The translations under genes and the position numbers were made by a program. The notes below the pieces were generated by a model. It saw only the letters and a program-made list of their open reading frames with translations. It was not told the DNA's origin and made no database searches. This document shows positions 8,934-16,614 of a DNA stretch of 34,364 nt, piece after piece. How positions within the stretch are numbered: position 1 is the stretch's first letter; every line of letters begins with the position of its first letter. Origin of the DNA: Nitrospirota bacterium (GTDB lineage Bacteria > Nitrospirota > UBA9217). Location of the stretch: the NCBI GenBank assembly GCA_041491325.1, contig JBGPUS010000001.1, forward strand, positions 1 through 34,364. The letters are read 5' to 3'.

Positions 8934-10868
8934 ATGGCTATCGGCAAACTCTGGAAATTCTTCGGCAGCAGAACAGGCATGGCAATCCTCCTGGCCCAGC
9001 TCGCCCTCGTTTTGCTGTTCATGTATTTCTATTCCGGCTATCAATCCAGCGACAAGTGCGTCGCCTGTCATGCGAACAAAGAGCGCATGACCACGCTCGG
9101 CTATCCCCAGTTCGTGATGACCCGGGCGCAGGTGCAGAAAGAGGCGCGCCATCCGAACACGGAATGCCGCGATTGCCACTTGGGCAACGGCCTGTCGGAC
9201 GAGCCCGCAAAAGCCCACAGGGGCATCCTGAAGCTGATCGTGCTCGATAACAATTTCGACGTTATGCCGCGCGGCGAACTCGTGAAACAGCTCCTCCCCT
9301 CGGGCAACGACCGGCAGCGGGCCATGCTTCCCCGGCTTCCCGACGGTTCTCTTGTGTACGAAGTCGGCACCATCCTTTACCACGATCGGAACACGACAAC
9401 GCTCGGCTACGATCCGGCACTTGCCGAGAAAACCTGCGGCAAGGCCGCGTGCCATCCCGAAGAAGTAAAGCAGTTCTCTTCGAGTATCATGGGCTCGAAC
9501 TTCCGCCAACGGTCCATGCGCACGTGGAACGACATCCACGGCCCGAATAACTGAGGGCCGTCCTTTGCGGACACCCAGCCGGTCGGCTGGGCCAGAGGCG
9601 ACAAGTTCTCCTTTGAAAATACGGGAAAAATCCGGAAGCAGATCAACCTTCCGCTTTCGAACGATCAGGCAATCGCCAAGCAGAAGGCATGCAATATCTG
9701 CCATGCGGGCTGCCTCGATTGCCACTACGCGCCAACGCGCGAGCGCGGCGCCCACGCATTCAGCCGCACGCCGCCGTCGCCGAACTGCACCGGCGGAGGA
9801 AGAAGCACCTTTGTCTGCCACGCAGGTTCCATGGAAAGGCGGCGCGGGGACAGTTATCTGGGAAAAGAATTATCCGAACCCCCGGGGCTTCCCGAGGATG
9901 CGCACGTCTCAAAGAAAATCGAATGCGCGGACTGTCATCAGACTGGGCCGGGCGGCATGGGCCACCTCGAGCGAAAGGCGACGTGCCAGGACTGCCACCT
10001 CGAGATAGAGCGCGCCGTGCCCGTGAGCATCCACAAGAACCTGACGTGCGAGGCCTGTCACGTGAAAGTCCTCGGCGGATATGAGATGACCTCCTGGGGG
10101 CCGGGCAAAATTGCGTCTCAACCGAACCCGTTTAAAAAGTATTCTTTATATTACGGACCGCAGGGGCCGCCGGTCCTGATCAAAGATCAAAACGGCCGGT
10201 GGATGCCGACGAAGATTTGGCCGAACAGCATGGGAGGATTCAAGGACACGGTCGCTCCGACGCCCGGCCTAACGTTCCGCTGGCCCACGGGAGAAACCCG
10301 GGACGCATACGCGCAGCTCGGGACGTTCAGTTTCCCCGGCGGAAACAACAACTACCTTGCCTGGATTCAGGTCGAGCAGGTGGCGCACCCGCTCGGGAAG
10401 CCCCGCTCATGCAAGAGCTGCCACGGCTCCTCTTCACAAGTCAGTCACGCGACGTGGCGATACTTCGACTCGCAGGGAGCCGAGCCGTTTACGGGAAGTC
10501 AGACGGTGGTGGCGGACGAGAACGGACTTCGGGTAAAAGACATCAAGGCCACGTCGAAGATCAAGTTCATGGAAGACGGCAAAACGGAGTATTTCGCGGC
10601 ATGGCTGCGCTTAGGCGATATTTGGAAGACCAGCGGAAATTTTTCAATTGCCAAGGCCGACCCGGGAAAATACCGCGCTCTCGAACGGGGTTTGAGCAAG
10701 ACGCTTGCAGAACTTGCTGCTATCGACAGGAAATTAAAGTCCCGCGAGGCCAGGGGCCTGGACGTGAAGAAACCGCGGCGCGCGTGGAAAGAGGCAAAGG
10801 CGACGGCGTCGCACGATCCGGGGAGTGCTGCAGCTATGATACGTGAACTTTCCGTTCTGCTTAAATAA
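8934..10868 (+). CDS. membrane-anchored multihaem cytochrome c (644 codons), read through an in-frame TGA at 9552-9554 as a candidate selenocysteine
   Basis: ORFs 8925-9554 and 9831-10868 share a frame. My translation of 9555-9830 has no stop and no ATG/GTG/TTG, and it contains CNICH and CLDCH. Overall there are 8 CXXCH (CVACH, CRDCH, CNICH, CLDCH, CADCH, CQDCH, CEACH, CKSCH) plus CGKAACH (CX4CH). The only TM/signal anchor is at the N-terminus. Confidence 0.7.
9569..9593 (+). promoter_or_regulatory. bacterial SECIS-like stem-loop downstream of the in-frame UGA
   Basis: CCCAGCC (9574-9580), loop GGTC (9581-9584), GGCTGGG (9585-9591): 7 perfect bp. The stem extends through GG (9569-9570) pairing with CC (9592-9593) across an aca bulge. 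The hairpin base lies 14-19 nt after the UGA and the loop about 29 nt after it. Confidence 0.6.
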
Positions 10869-10932
10869 GAGAAGGACTGGAACAGCACACAACAGAAACC
10901 ACGCGGAGGCGCTTTTGACCGTCATCTCAAAC

Positions 10933-11511
10933 ATGTCAGATTACCGAAAACCGGACCACGAAATCTCGCCGATCTTCATAAACCGCTGGTCGCCGAGGGC
11001 CATGTCGGGTGAAGAGCTAGGAAAAGAAGAGCTTATCCAGCTCTTTGAAGCGGCGCGCTGGGCGCCTTCGTCCATGAACAACCAGCCTTGGCGTTTTTTG
11101 TATGCCTTGAAAAACACGGCGCACTGGGAAACGTTCTTCGGACTGCTGACGCCGAATAATCAGACCTGGTGTAAAAAAGCGGCCGCGCTCATCGTCGTGA
11201 TCTCGAAGAAGACGTTCGATTTCAACGGCAAGCCGGCGCGCACGCATTCCTATGATGCCGGCGCAGCCTGGGTGAGTCTCGCGCTCCAGGCTTCCTTCCT
11301 GGGTCTTGTCGTCCATGGAATGCAGGGGTTTGACTACGAGCGGACAAAGATGGAGCTCCGCGTGGGCGACGAGTATCAGGTGGAGGCCATGGCGGCCGTC
11401 GGCAGGCCGGGCAAGGCCGATGACCTGCCGTTTGCCCTGGAACAGCGGGAGTTCCCCTCCAACAGGAAAAAGCTTGAAGAGCTGGTATTCGAGGGCGGCT
11501 TCGGCGGGTGA
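10933..11511 (+). CDS. nitroreductase-family flavoprotein
   Basis: RWSPRAM...LFEAARWAPSSMNNQPWRF...DAGAAWVSLALQA is a typical nitroreductase fold signature. Confidence 0.85.
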   Translation: MSDYRKPDHEISPIFINRWSPRAMSGEELGKEELIQLFEAARWAPSSMNNQPWRFLYALKNTAHWETFFGLLTPNNQTWCKKAAALIVVISKKTFDFNGKPARTHSYDAGAAWVSLALQASFLGLVVHGMQGFDYERTKMELRVGDEYQVEAMAAVGRPGKADDLPFALEQREFPSNRKKLEELVFEGGFGG

Positions 11512-11654
11512 AGCCGTGTTTATGACGGCTTCGCGCTTGAACATTTGAACGTTGATTGATATAGTTATCCTGCCGGGCGCAACCCATCGTCATGACCTTG
11601 TGGCGCGCTCCGGCGGGAAACGGACCGTGCGATCGTAAGTCCGGAGGAGGCTGC

Positions 11655-12131
11655 ATGACCATGAAAAAAGTGATGATGTTTCTTGGATACGTTTTCATGG
11701 CCGTTCTCCTTATCGTTGCAGCAGGGGCGGCGACCGTGGCAATTATCGGAACAACGCTGGACAAAGAGAGCAAAGAGTTCGTCGATGCCGCCGTGCCCGC
11801 GATTGCCGCGGAGTGGGACATCAAGGAACTTCAGAAACGAGCAAGTCCCGAGTTTAACGAGAGTGTGGATTACGATGACCTCGCGTTTTTTTTTAACGCG
11901 CTTCAGGACCTGGGGGAGCTCACGGAGTATAACGGTTCAACGGGGGAATCGCACATTCATCTGTCTTTTCGAAGCGGGTATGAGCTTACCGCCTTGTATA
12001 CCGCAAGCGCGGACTACAACACTGCCTCCGCGGAAATTCAAATCTCCCTGATCAAACACCGCGGCCAGTGGCAGATCCTCGGCTTTCGGGTGAGCCCCCA
12101 GGAGTTTAGAGAGAGAAAAGATATAATCTGA
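11655..12131 (+). CDS. hypothetical N-terminally membrane-anchored protein
   Basis: RBS GGAGGAGG lies upstream of ATG 11655. One TM helix (MFLGYVFMAVLLIVAAGAATVAII) followed by a soluble domain. The stop overlaps the next gene's start (TGATG). Confidence 0.6.
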   Translation: MTMKKVMMFLGYVFMAVLLIVAAGAATVAIIGTTLDKESKEFVDAAVPAIAAEWDIKELQKRASPEFNESVDYDDLAFFFNALQDLGELTEYNGSTGESHIHLSFRSGYELTALYTASADYNTASAEIQISLIKHRGQWQILGFRVSPQEFRERKDII

Positions 12132-12742
12132 TGAACACCCTCATCAAGACCATTGAGGTCCTTGGCATCATCGCTTTTGCCCTCACCGGAATCTACGAAG
12201 CCCGGAAGAAAAAAATGGACCTCATCGGCGTCTATTCCGTCGCCATGATAACTGCCTTCGGCGGCGGATCCTTGCGCGATATCATCCTGGACCGGCATCC
12301 GTTGTTCTGGATTGAACACTACCAATATACCATCCTCCTCCTGGCGTTATCGATCCTGTCCATCGCCTCACTCGAAGACATGCTGAGCAGAAAGAACATG
12401 CTCACGCTCGTGCTGGCGCTCGATGCGCTGGGACTCGGCTCTTTCAGCGCGTCGGGCGCTTCCATTGCCGACAAGCTCGGCTGCGCGACCTATGTATCAG
12501 CGCTCCTCGGCGTGATTACCGGTGTCTTCGGCGGTGTCATGCGTGACATCATCTGTAACGAGATCCCCTATGTGTTCCAAAGGACGGAACTGTACGCCAC
12601 CTGCTCCTTTGTCGGCGCCTGGGCATACCTGCTGGTAGCGAGAACCGTGGAACCTGAAGTTTCCGCGGTCATTGCCTGCATCGTCGTCACGGTCGTATTG
12701 CGAATGCTTGCGATCCGGTATAAGATCAGATTGCCGCTGTAG
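12131..12742 (+). CDS. trimeric intracellular cation channel-like / UPF0126 (YadS/YicG) family membrane protein
   Basis: Duplicated UPF0126 signature: GIIAFALTGIYEARKKKMDLIGV....AFGGGSLRDIIL and a second GVFGGVMRDII. Confidence 0.85.
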   Translation: MNTLIKTIEVLGIIAFALTGIYEARKKKMDLIGVYSVAMITAFGGGSLRDIILDRHPLFWIEHYQYTILLLALSILSIASLEDMLSRKNMLTLVLALDALGLGSFSASGASIADKLGCATYVSALLGVITGVFGGVMRDIICNEIPYVFQRTELYATCSFVGAWAYLLVARTVEPEVSAVIACIVVTVVLRMLAIRYKIRLPL

Positions 12743-12857
12743 CGTGTTTCCCTTTGTCGCTCAGGGCGCGGGCAAGGTTAATCCTGAAAAAAGCAATTAA
12801 CCACACCCTGCACTCGCGCACACACTCGTAAACGCCGGGCGCAGGCAGATGAACACA

Positions 12858-13002
12858 GATAAATACTGATAATTCAAAAACATAAATCAAATTCCCGTAT
12901 CACCAGATAAGTGAAAGCCTTAAATGAACTAAATTACTGATTTTGTTTTTCATCTGCGTTCATCTGTGTTTATCCGTGGTTCCAACCGCAGTTTTTAGGT
13001 TA
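12858..13002 (+). repeat. interspersed repeat family 1, copy A (about 145 bp, ATCTGYGTT-rich, ends in CCAACCGCAGTTTTTAGGTTA)
   Basis: Aligns along its whole length with 29830-29971, roughly four-fifths identical by eye. The left end gataaatactgat is partly inverted relative to atctgtgtttatc near the right end. Confidence 0.8.
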
Positions 13003-13050
13003 CTTGCTTGCGGAGCGAACCTGCAGGCGATGAGGCATACCATAAAGATC

Positions 13051-13122
13051 GTCATCCCCGAGTGCTTCTATCGGGGAGCTGGTTAAAACCGGATTCCCGC
13101 TCAGAGTCGCCGCGGGAATGAC
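13051..13122. repeat. interspersed repeat family 3, copy A (double-hairpin element GTCAT...ATGAC)
   Basis: gtcatCCCCGAgtgcttctaTCGGGGag...ggATTCCCGCtcagagtcgccGCGGGAATgac has the same architecture as 32004-32073. Confidence 0.7.
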
Positions 13123-13188
13123 ATGAGGAGTTTAGCGATACGCTAACGTCGTTACTATTACGAGGCGCTTACTAAGAGGAGGACGGTC

Positions 13189-13395
13189 ATGCCGTTTGTA
13201 AATATCAAAATAACGAAAGAAGGCGCTACCACTGATCAGAAGGCCCGTCTTATCCAGGGAGTAACGCAACTGCTCGTTGACGTCCTGGGTAAAAATCCGC
13301 AAACAACGGTCGTGGTCATCGAGGAAGTAGAGATGGACAATTGGGGCATCGGCGGCGAGAGCGTCACGGTGCGGAGGAAGCGGGAGCGGAAATAG
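13189..13395 (+). CDS. 4-oxalocrotonate tautomerase family enzyme (68 aa)
   Basis: RBS AAGAGGAGG. MPFVNIKITKEGATTDQKARLIQGVTQLLVDVLGK carries the catalytic Pro-1 signature. Confidence 0.85.
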   Translation: MPFVNIKITKEGATTDQKARLIQGVTQLLVDVLGKNPQTTVVVIEEVEMDNWGIGGESVTVRRKRERK

Positions 13396-13431
13396 GTCTC
13401 TCATCGTAACGGCGGTCGGGGTCGCCGCGGA

Positions 13432-13923
13432 TTACTGTGGCTGTTCCGGTGTGGCCGGTTGCGTGGTTTGGGGCGCGGCAGGTTCTGTCGGCTGGGTTTG
13501 CTCCGGCGTCGGTTGAGCTGTCGGTATTTGCGTCACGCCCGTTTCCTGTTCTTTCGGGAGTTCTTTTGCCGGGGCGGGTTCAGTCGGTTTGTACCGGGTC
13601 GGAGAAAAATTTGGGTCTATCTCGTATGCATTATCGAAGTTTTCCAAGGCCTTTGTTCTGCTCTCTTTGTCTCCTTTTCTGCCCTTCAGATAATATGCAT
13701 AGCCCAAGTAATAATAGGCCTCGGCATCGGGGTTGATTTCAACGGCTTCCTCAAATTCCTTGACGGCTGCGTTGTAGTTTTTGGCCTTGAGGAAGGAAAT
13801 GCCCTGGTCCAGACGTTTGGTCGCGGCTGCCGTGTCGAAGAGCTCCTCTTCCGCAAATGCCGTTGCCCCGAGCATGATGGCCAGGACCGTTGCAACAACG
13901 GCCGCTAAAAAGTTCTTTTTCAT
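13432..13923 (-). CDS. secreted TPR-repeat protein with a P/T/Q-rich C-terminal tail
   Basis: RBS gagggaggag lies upstream of ATG 13923. Signal peptide MKKNFLAAVVATVLAIMLGATAFA. TPR-like AKNYNAAVKEFEEAVEINPDAEAYYYLGYAYY. Tail TQIPTAQPTPEQTQPTEPAAPQTTQPATPEQPQ. Confidence 0.75.
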   Translation of the reverse strand: MKKNFLAAVVATVLAIMLGATAFAEEELFDTAAATKRLDQGISFLKAKNYNAAVKEFEEAVEINPDAEAYYYLGYAYYLKGRKGDKESRTKALENFDNAYEIDPNFSPTRYKPTEPAPAKELPKEQETGVTQIPTAQPTPEQTQPTEPAAPQTTQPATPEQPQ

Positions 13924-14044
13924 GGCTTCTCCTCCCTCACGCACCGCTACCATGACTTCAGGGTCCAGTATCCAGGGTCTAGGAAACTCTCCCGCGCACC
14001 GCTACCATAGCACAGCGTTTGCGCCGCTGTCAACAGCCGATGAG

Positions 14045-14085
14045 CCTAAAAAAGCAGTTAATCCCCAACCGCCGTTTTAGGGTGA
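14045..14085 (+). repeat. short relative of repeat family 1 (cctaaaaaagcagttaatcc + CCAACCGCCGTTTTAGGGTGA)
   Basis: The tail matches the CCAACCGCnGTTTTTAGG ends at 12983-13002, 29952-29971 and 32216-32237. The head resembles cctgaaaaaagcaattaacc at 12783-12802. Confidence 0.35.
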
Positions 14086-14095
14086 GTGCCGTGCA

Positions 14096-15037
14096 TCACG
14101 GCCACCACAGATACATAAAGGCCGCGCCGGGCTGCAGCATGGCGCCCGCATCGATGTTGATAAAGCTCATGGAATAGAGGTTGGGGCGGTATTCGCCGGG
14201 CCGGAAGTAAGTCACGACCGAAGCCTGCCCGAGGCCGGCCATTTTCTTCGCCTGCTCGATCGCTTCATCCAAATAGCCGATGCCGTCAATGAGGCCGGCA
14301 GATTGCGCTTCCGAAGCGGTATAAATGCGGCCATCGGCGAGCTTCTTCACCCGGTCGAGCGGCAGCTTTCGTTCCTCGGCCACGGTGTTGACGAACCGGG
14401 TTTGGAGGCTGTCTACCAGATTTTGGAAAAGTTCGCGCTCCTCGGGAGAAAACCGGCGAAACGGCGAGCCCATGCTCTTTTTGTCCCCTGAGGAAATTTC
14501 GTAAGACTGGACGCCAATTTTTTGCATCAAGCCTGAGGCATCAACGCGGAACAGGATCACCCCGATGCTCCCGGTCACGCTCGTGGGTTGCGCGGTGATC
14601 TTGTCCGCGGCAAGCGCCAGATAGTAGGCCCCTGATGCGCCCGTGTCCATAAAATGGGCGAGCACGGTAACGCCGGTATCACGCTTGAATTTTTTTATTT
14701 CGTGATAGAGCATGTCCGAGGCGGTAACGCCGCCGCCGGGGCTGTTGATCCTGAGCACGAGGGCCTTCACCTGCTTGTCCGACCGCGCCCGGTCAAGCTC
14801 TTCCCTTATCTGGGCGAGGAGCCCCGCCTTCTTCTTGGCGCTGAACAACGTCGACGAGTCCTCGCTCGTAATGAACCCGGAGATGTCGAGAAGGAGCACT
14901 TTGTCCCTGCCCTCGCCGGAAATCACCCGCTCTGCAAGCGGCAACGTTTCATCTCCGAGCGAAACCTTGAACACGGTGCAGCTGGTCGAAAACGACAAAA
15001 GCGCGAGCGCACAGCCCGCAAGAGCTATTTTTTTCAT
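14096..15037 (-). CDS. sppA: signal peptide peptidase SppA, 36K type
   Basis: Lipoprotein-like signal MKKIALAGCALALLSFSTSC. LRINSPGGGVTASD and TGSIGV motifs of the S49 peptidase family. Confidence 0.9.
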   Translation of the reverse strand: MKKIALAGCALALLSFSTSCTVFKVSLGDETLPLAERVISGEGRDKVLLLDISGFITSEDSSTLFSAKKKAGLLAQIREELDRARSDKQVKALVLRINSPGGGVTASDMLYHEIKKFKRDTGVTVLAHFMDTGASGAYYLALAADKITAQPTSVTGSIGVILFRVDASGLMQKIGVQSYEISSGDKKSMGSPFRRFSPEERELFQNLVDSLQTRFVNTVAEERKLPLDRVKKLADGRIYTASEAQSAGLIDGIGYLDEAIEQAKKMAGLGQASVVTYFRPGEYRPNLYSMSFINIDAGAMLQPGAAFMYLWWP

Positions 15038-15048
15038 TTGAAATCGCC

Positions 15049-15765
15049 TCACCTTATAGGGTCGCCCTGTCTTCGCGGCTGCCCGTTCATGCCCACGCGT
15101 ATGTCCGCCTTGCTCCGGAGCTCGGCGAGGTACTGGTCAAGCTGGCGGCCGGTCTTCTGTCTTGTCAATCGGGCCAGGATGTCTTTCTGAACTTCCTGAA
15201 AACGCTTGCCCCGGTAATCGGCGCGGTGCATTTCGAAGTAGCTCTGGGCTTCGTCGCGGGTAACGCGCACGAACAGGCCGACCTTTTTTTCAATGAACCG
15301 TTCGACGAGCAGCCGTTCGCGGAGCATCTGGGAGAGTTCCCCTGGCGTCATGCCGAATTCTTCCAAAAAAGCGCGGAAAGCCGCGTCGGAACCGAACCGC
15401 GCGGTAAGCCCGCTGATCTCTCCTGCTGTTTCCTGATCCGAGATTTCGACGAATTTAAGCCGGAGCGCCTCTTGTACGAGCATCCGCCTGGTGATCAGGC
15501 CGTCGAGCGTCTCGGCTTCGAGCGCTTTCCGGTTCGAGCCGGCAGCGCCAAAACGCGCATTCAGTGATACCGCAAAAGCGAGTTCGCTTCCCGTGATAAT
15601 GTCATTGTTGACTGCTGCGGCAATGCGGTCGATGAGTTCTGCCCGCGCAGGGGCGGGCGCCATGAGGATACAGAGGCACAGCGCGAGAGCGCCCATCCCC
15701 TTGCGCAGTCCGCTGGCCAGGACCGCTCGGAGCCTGACACCGTGAATTTTTTGATCAGCACCCAT
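15049..15765 (-). CDS. SurA N-terminal-domain-like periplasmic chaperone with no PPIase domain; start uncertain (15804, 15765 or 15696)
   Basis: The signal-like segment MGALALCLCILMAPAPARA is followed by ELIDRIAAAVNNDIITGSEL, as in the SurA N-terminal domain. Lies 11 nt upstream of sppA on the same strand. Confidence 0.7.
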   Translation of the reverse strand: MGADQKIHGVRLRAVLASGLRKGMGALALCLCILMAPAPARAELIDRIAAAVNNDIITGSELAFAVSLNARFGAAGSNRKALEAETLDGLITRRMLVQEALRLKFVEISDQETAGEISGLTARFGSDAAFRAFLEEFGMTPGELSQMLRERLLVERFIEKKVGLFVRVTRDEAQSYFEMHRADYRGKRFQEVQKDILARLTRQKTGRQLDQYLAELRSKADIRVGMNGQPRRQGDPIR

Positions 15766-15825
15766 GATAGGATTTTCTCTGCGCCTCTGCGTCTCGGCGG
15801 TCAAATTTTACGTATGGCGAGTCCA

Positions 15826-16614
15826 TCACTCTTGTATGAGGTCCGTCATCTTAACGCCCCTGAGGTATTCCACGATCTTTTCCTGTTTTATTTTTTCCAC
15901 CCGCTCGATAACCTTAGCTATTCTGAGCGCATTGTCCAAAATAATGTCCAGCCGCTCCGTGAGGTCGGGATCTTTTTTATCGTAGCGTTCGAGCAGCAAC
16001 TCAATATTGCCGATGACCGTCGTGAGAGGGTTGTTGATCTGGTGTCTCATGGCGATTCCCACCTGCCCGATCGCGCCGAGACGTTCAGCCTGAACGAGCT
16101 TCTCCCGCATTTTTTTCTGCGTGGTCATGTCGCGCGCGGAAATTTGGAAACCGACATTCGTGCGGGCCTTCAGCAGCTTACGGACGCTCACGTCGAGGAA
16201 AGCGCGGCTCCCGTCCCGCTTGGCGACTTCCAGTTCTATAATCCGGGGCGGATTGCCGCCGAGGAGCCGTGTGGCAACTTGGGCGCTTTCGCGCGTCAGA
16301 AAGTAAAGAACATTTTTCCCGATCAGCTCGATCTTCGGATACCCAAGAAAATTTTCCGCCGCATTGTTCACCGCCGTAAGTCTGCCTATGGGGTCCACAG
16401 TGAAGAGAATATCGCGTGAATTTTCGAACAAGTCCCAGTACTTTTCGCTCGCGTCCTTGACCTCGGCGTAGAACCGTAAGTTCTCAATTGCAAGGCCGAG
16501 TTGCAAGCCGATCATCTCCAGCATCTGAAGGTCCGAGGGATTCAGGCTGAAGCCCTTGTTCGTGAAAAGAACAAAAACCCCGAGAACAACATCTCTGGCT
16601 TTGATGGGGACATA
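15826..16614 (-). pseudogene. 3' part of an IS-disrupted sensor gene: end of GAF, PAS, and a HisKA-like dimerisation/phosphoacceptor domain, with no HATPase_c domain
   Basis: The frame is open from the TAG at 16615-16617: YVPIKARDVVLGVFVLFTNKGFSLNPSDLQMLEMIGLQLGLAIENLRFY is a GAF C-terminus. DILFTVDPIGRLTAVNNAAENFLGY is PAS-like. The H-box RHQINNPLTTVIGNIELL follows, and the protein ends 45 aa later. Confidence 0.75.

Noticed and set aside
9552-9554. Reading the TGA as a genuine stop (two separate cytochrome genes) or as a simple nonsense mutation (pseudogene)
   Set aside because: There is no in-frame ATG, GTG or TTG and no signal peptide for a second protein until after two in-frame haem motifs. 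A SECIS-like hairpin follows at the right distance. The pseudogene or sequencing-error alternatives cannot be fully excluded without reads and homologues, so the Sec call is reported as a candidate only.
8850-9821. 323-aa minus-strand ORF opposite the cytochrome gene
   Set aside because: It is R/A/G-rich with no domain-like motifs, and the opposite strand carries regularly spaced CXXCH motifs.
12783-13002. The idea that copy A of repeat family 1 is a roughly 170-bp insertion into a 40-bp unit like 14045-14085 (nested elements)
   Set aside because: Only the head (about 18 nt with mismatches) and the tail match. Copy B lacks the head entirely, so the evidence is too thin. It is mentioned only as a possibility under the repeat feature.
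13132-13404. 90-aa minus-strand ORF opposite the tautomerase gene
   Set aside because: The plus-strand 68-aa product has the Pro-1 tautomerase signature and a perfect RBS. The antisense ORF has neither.
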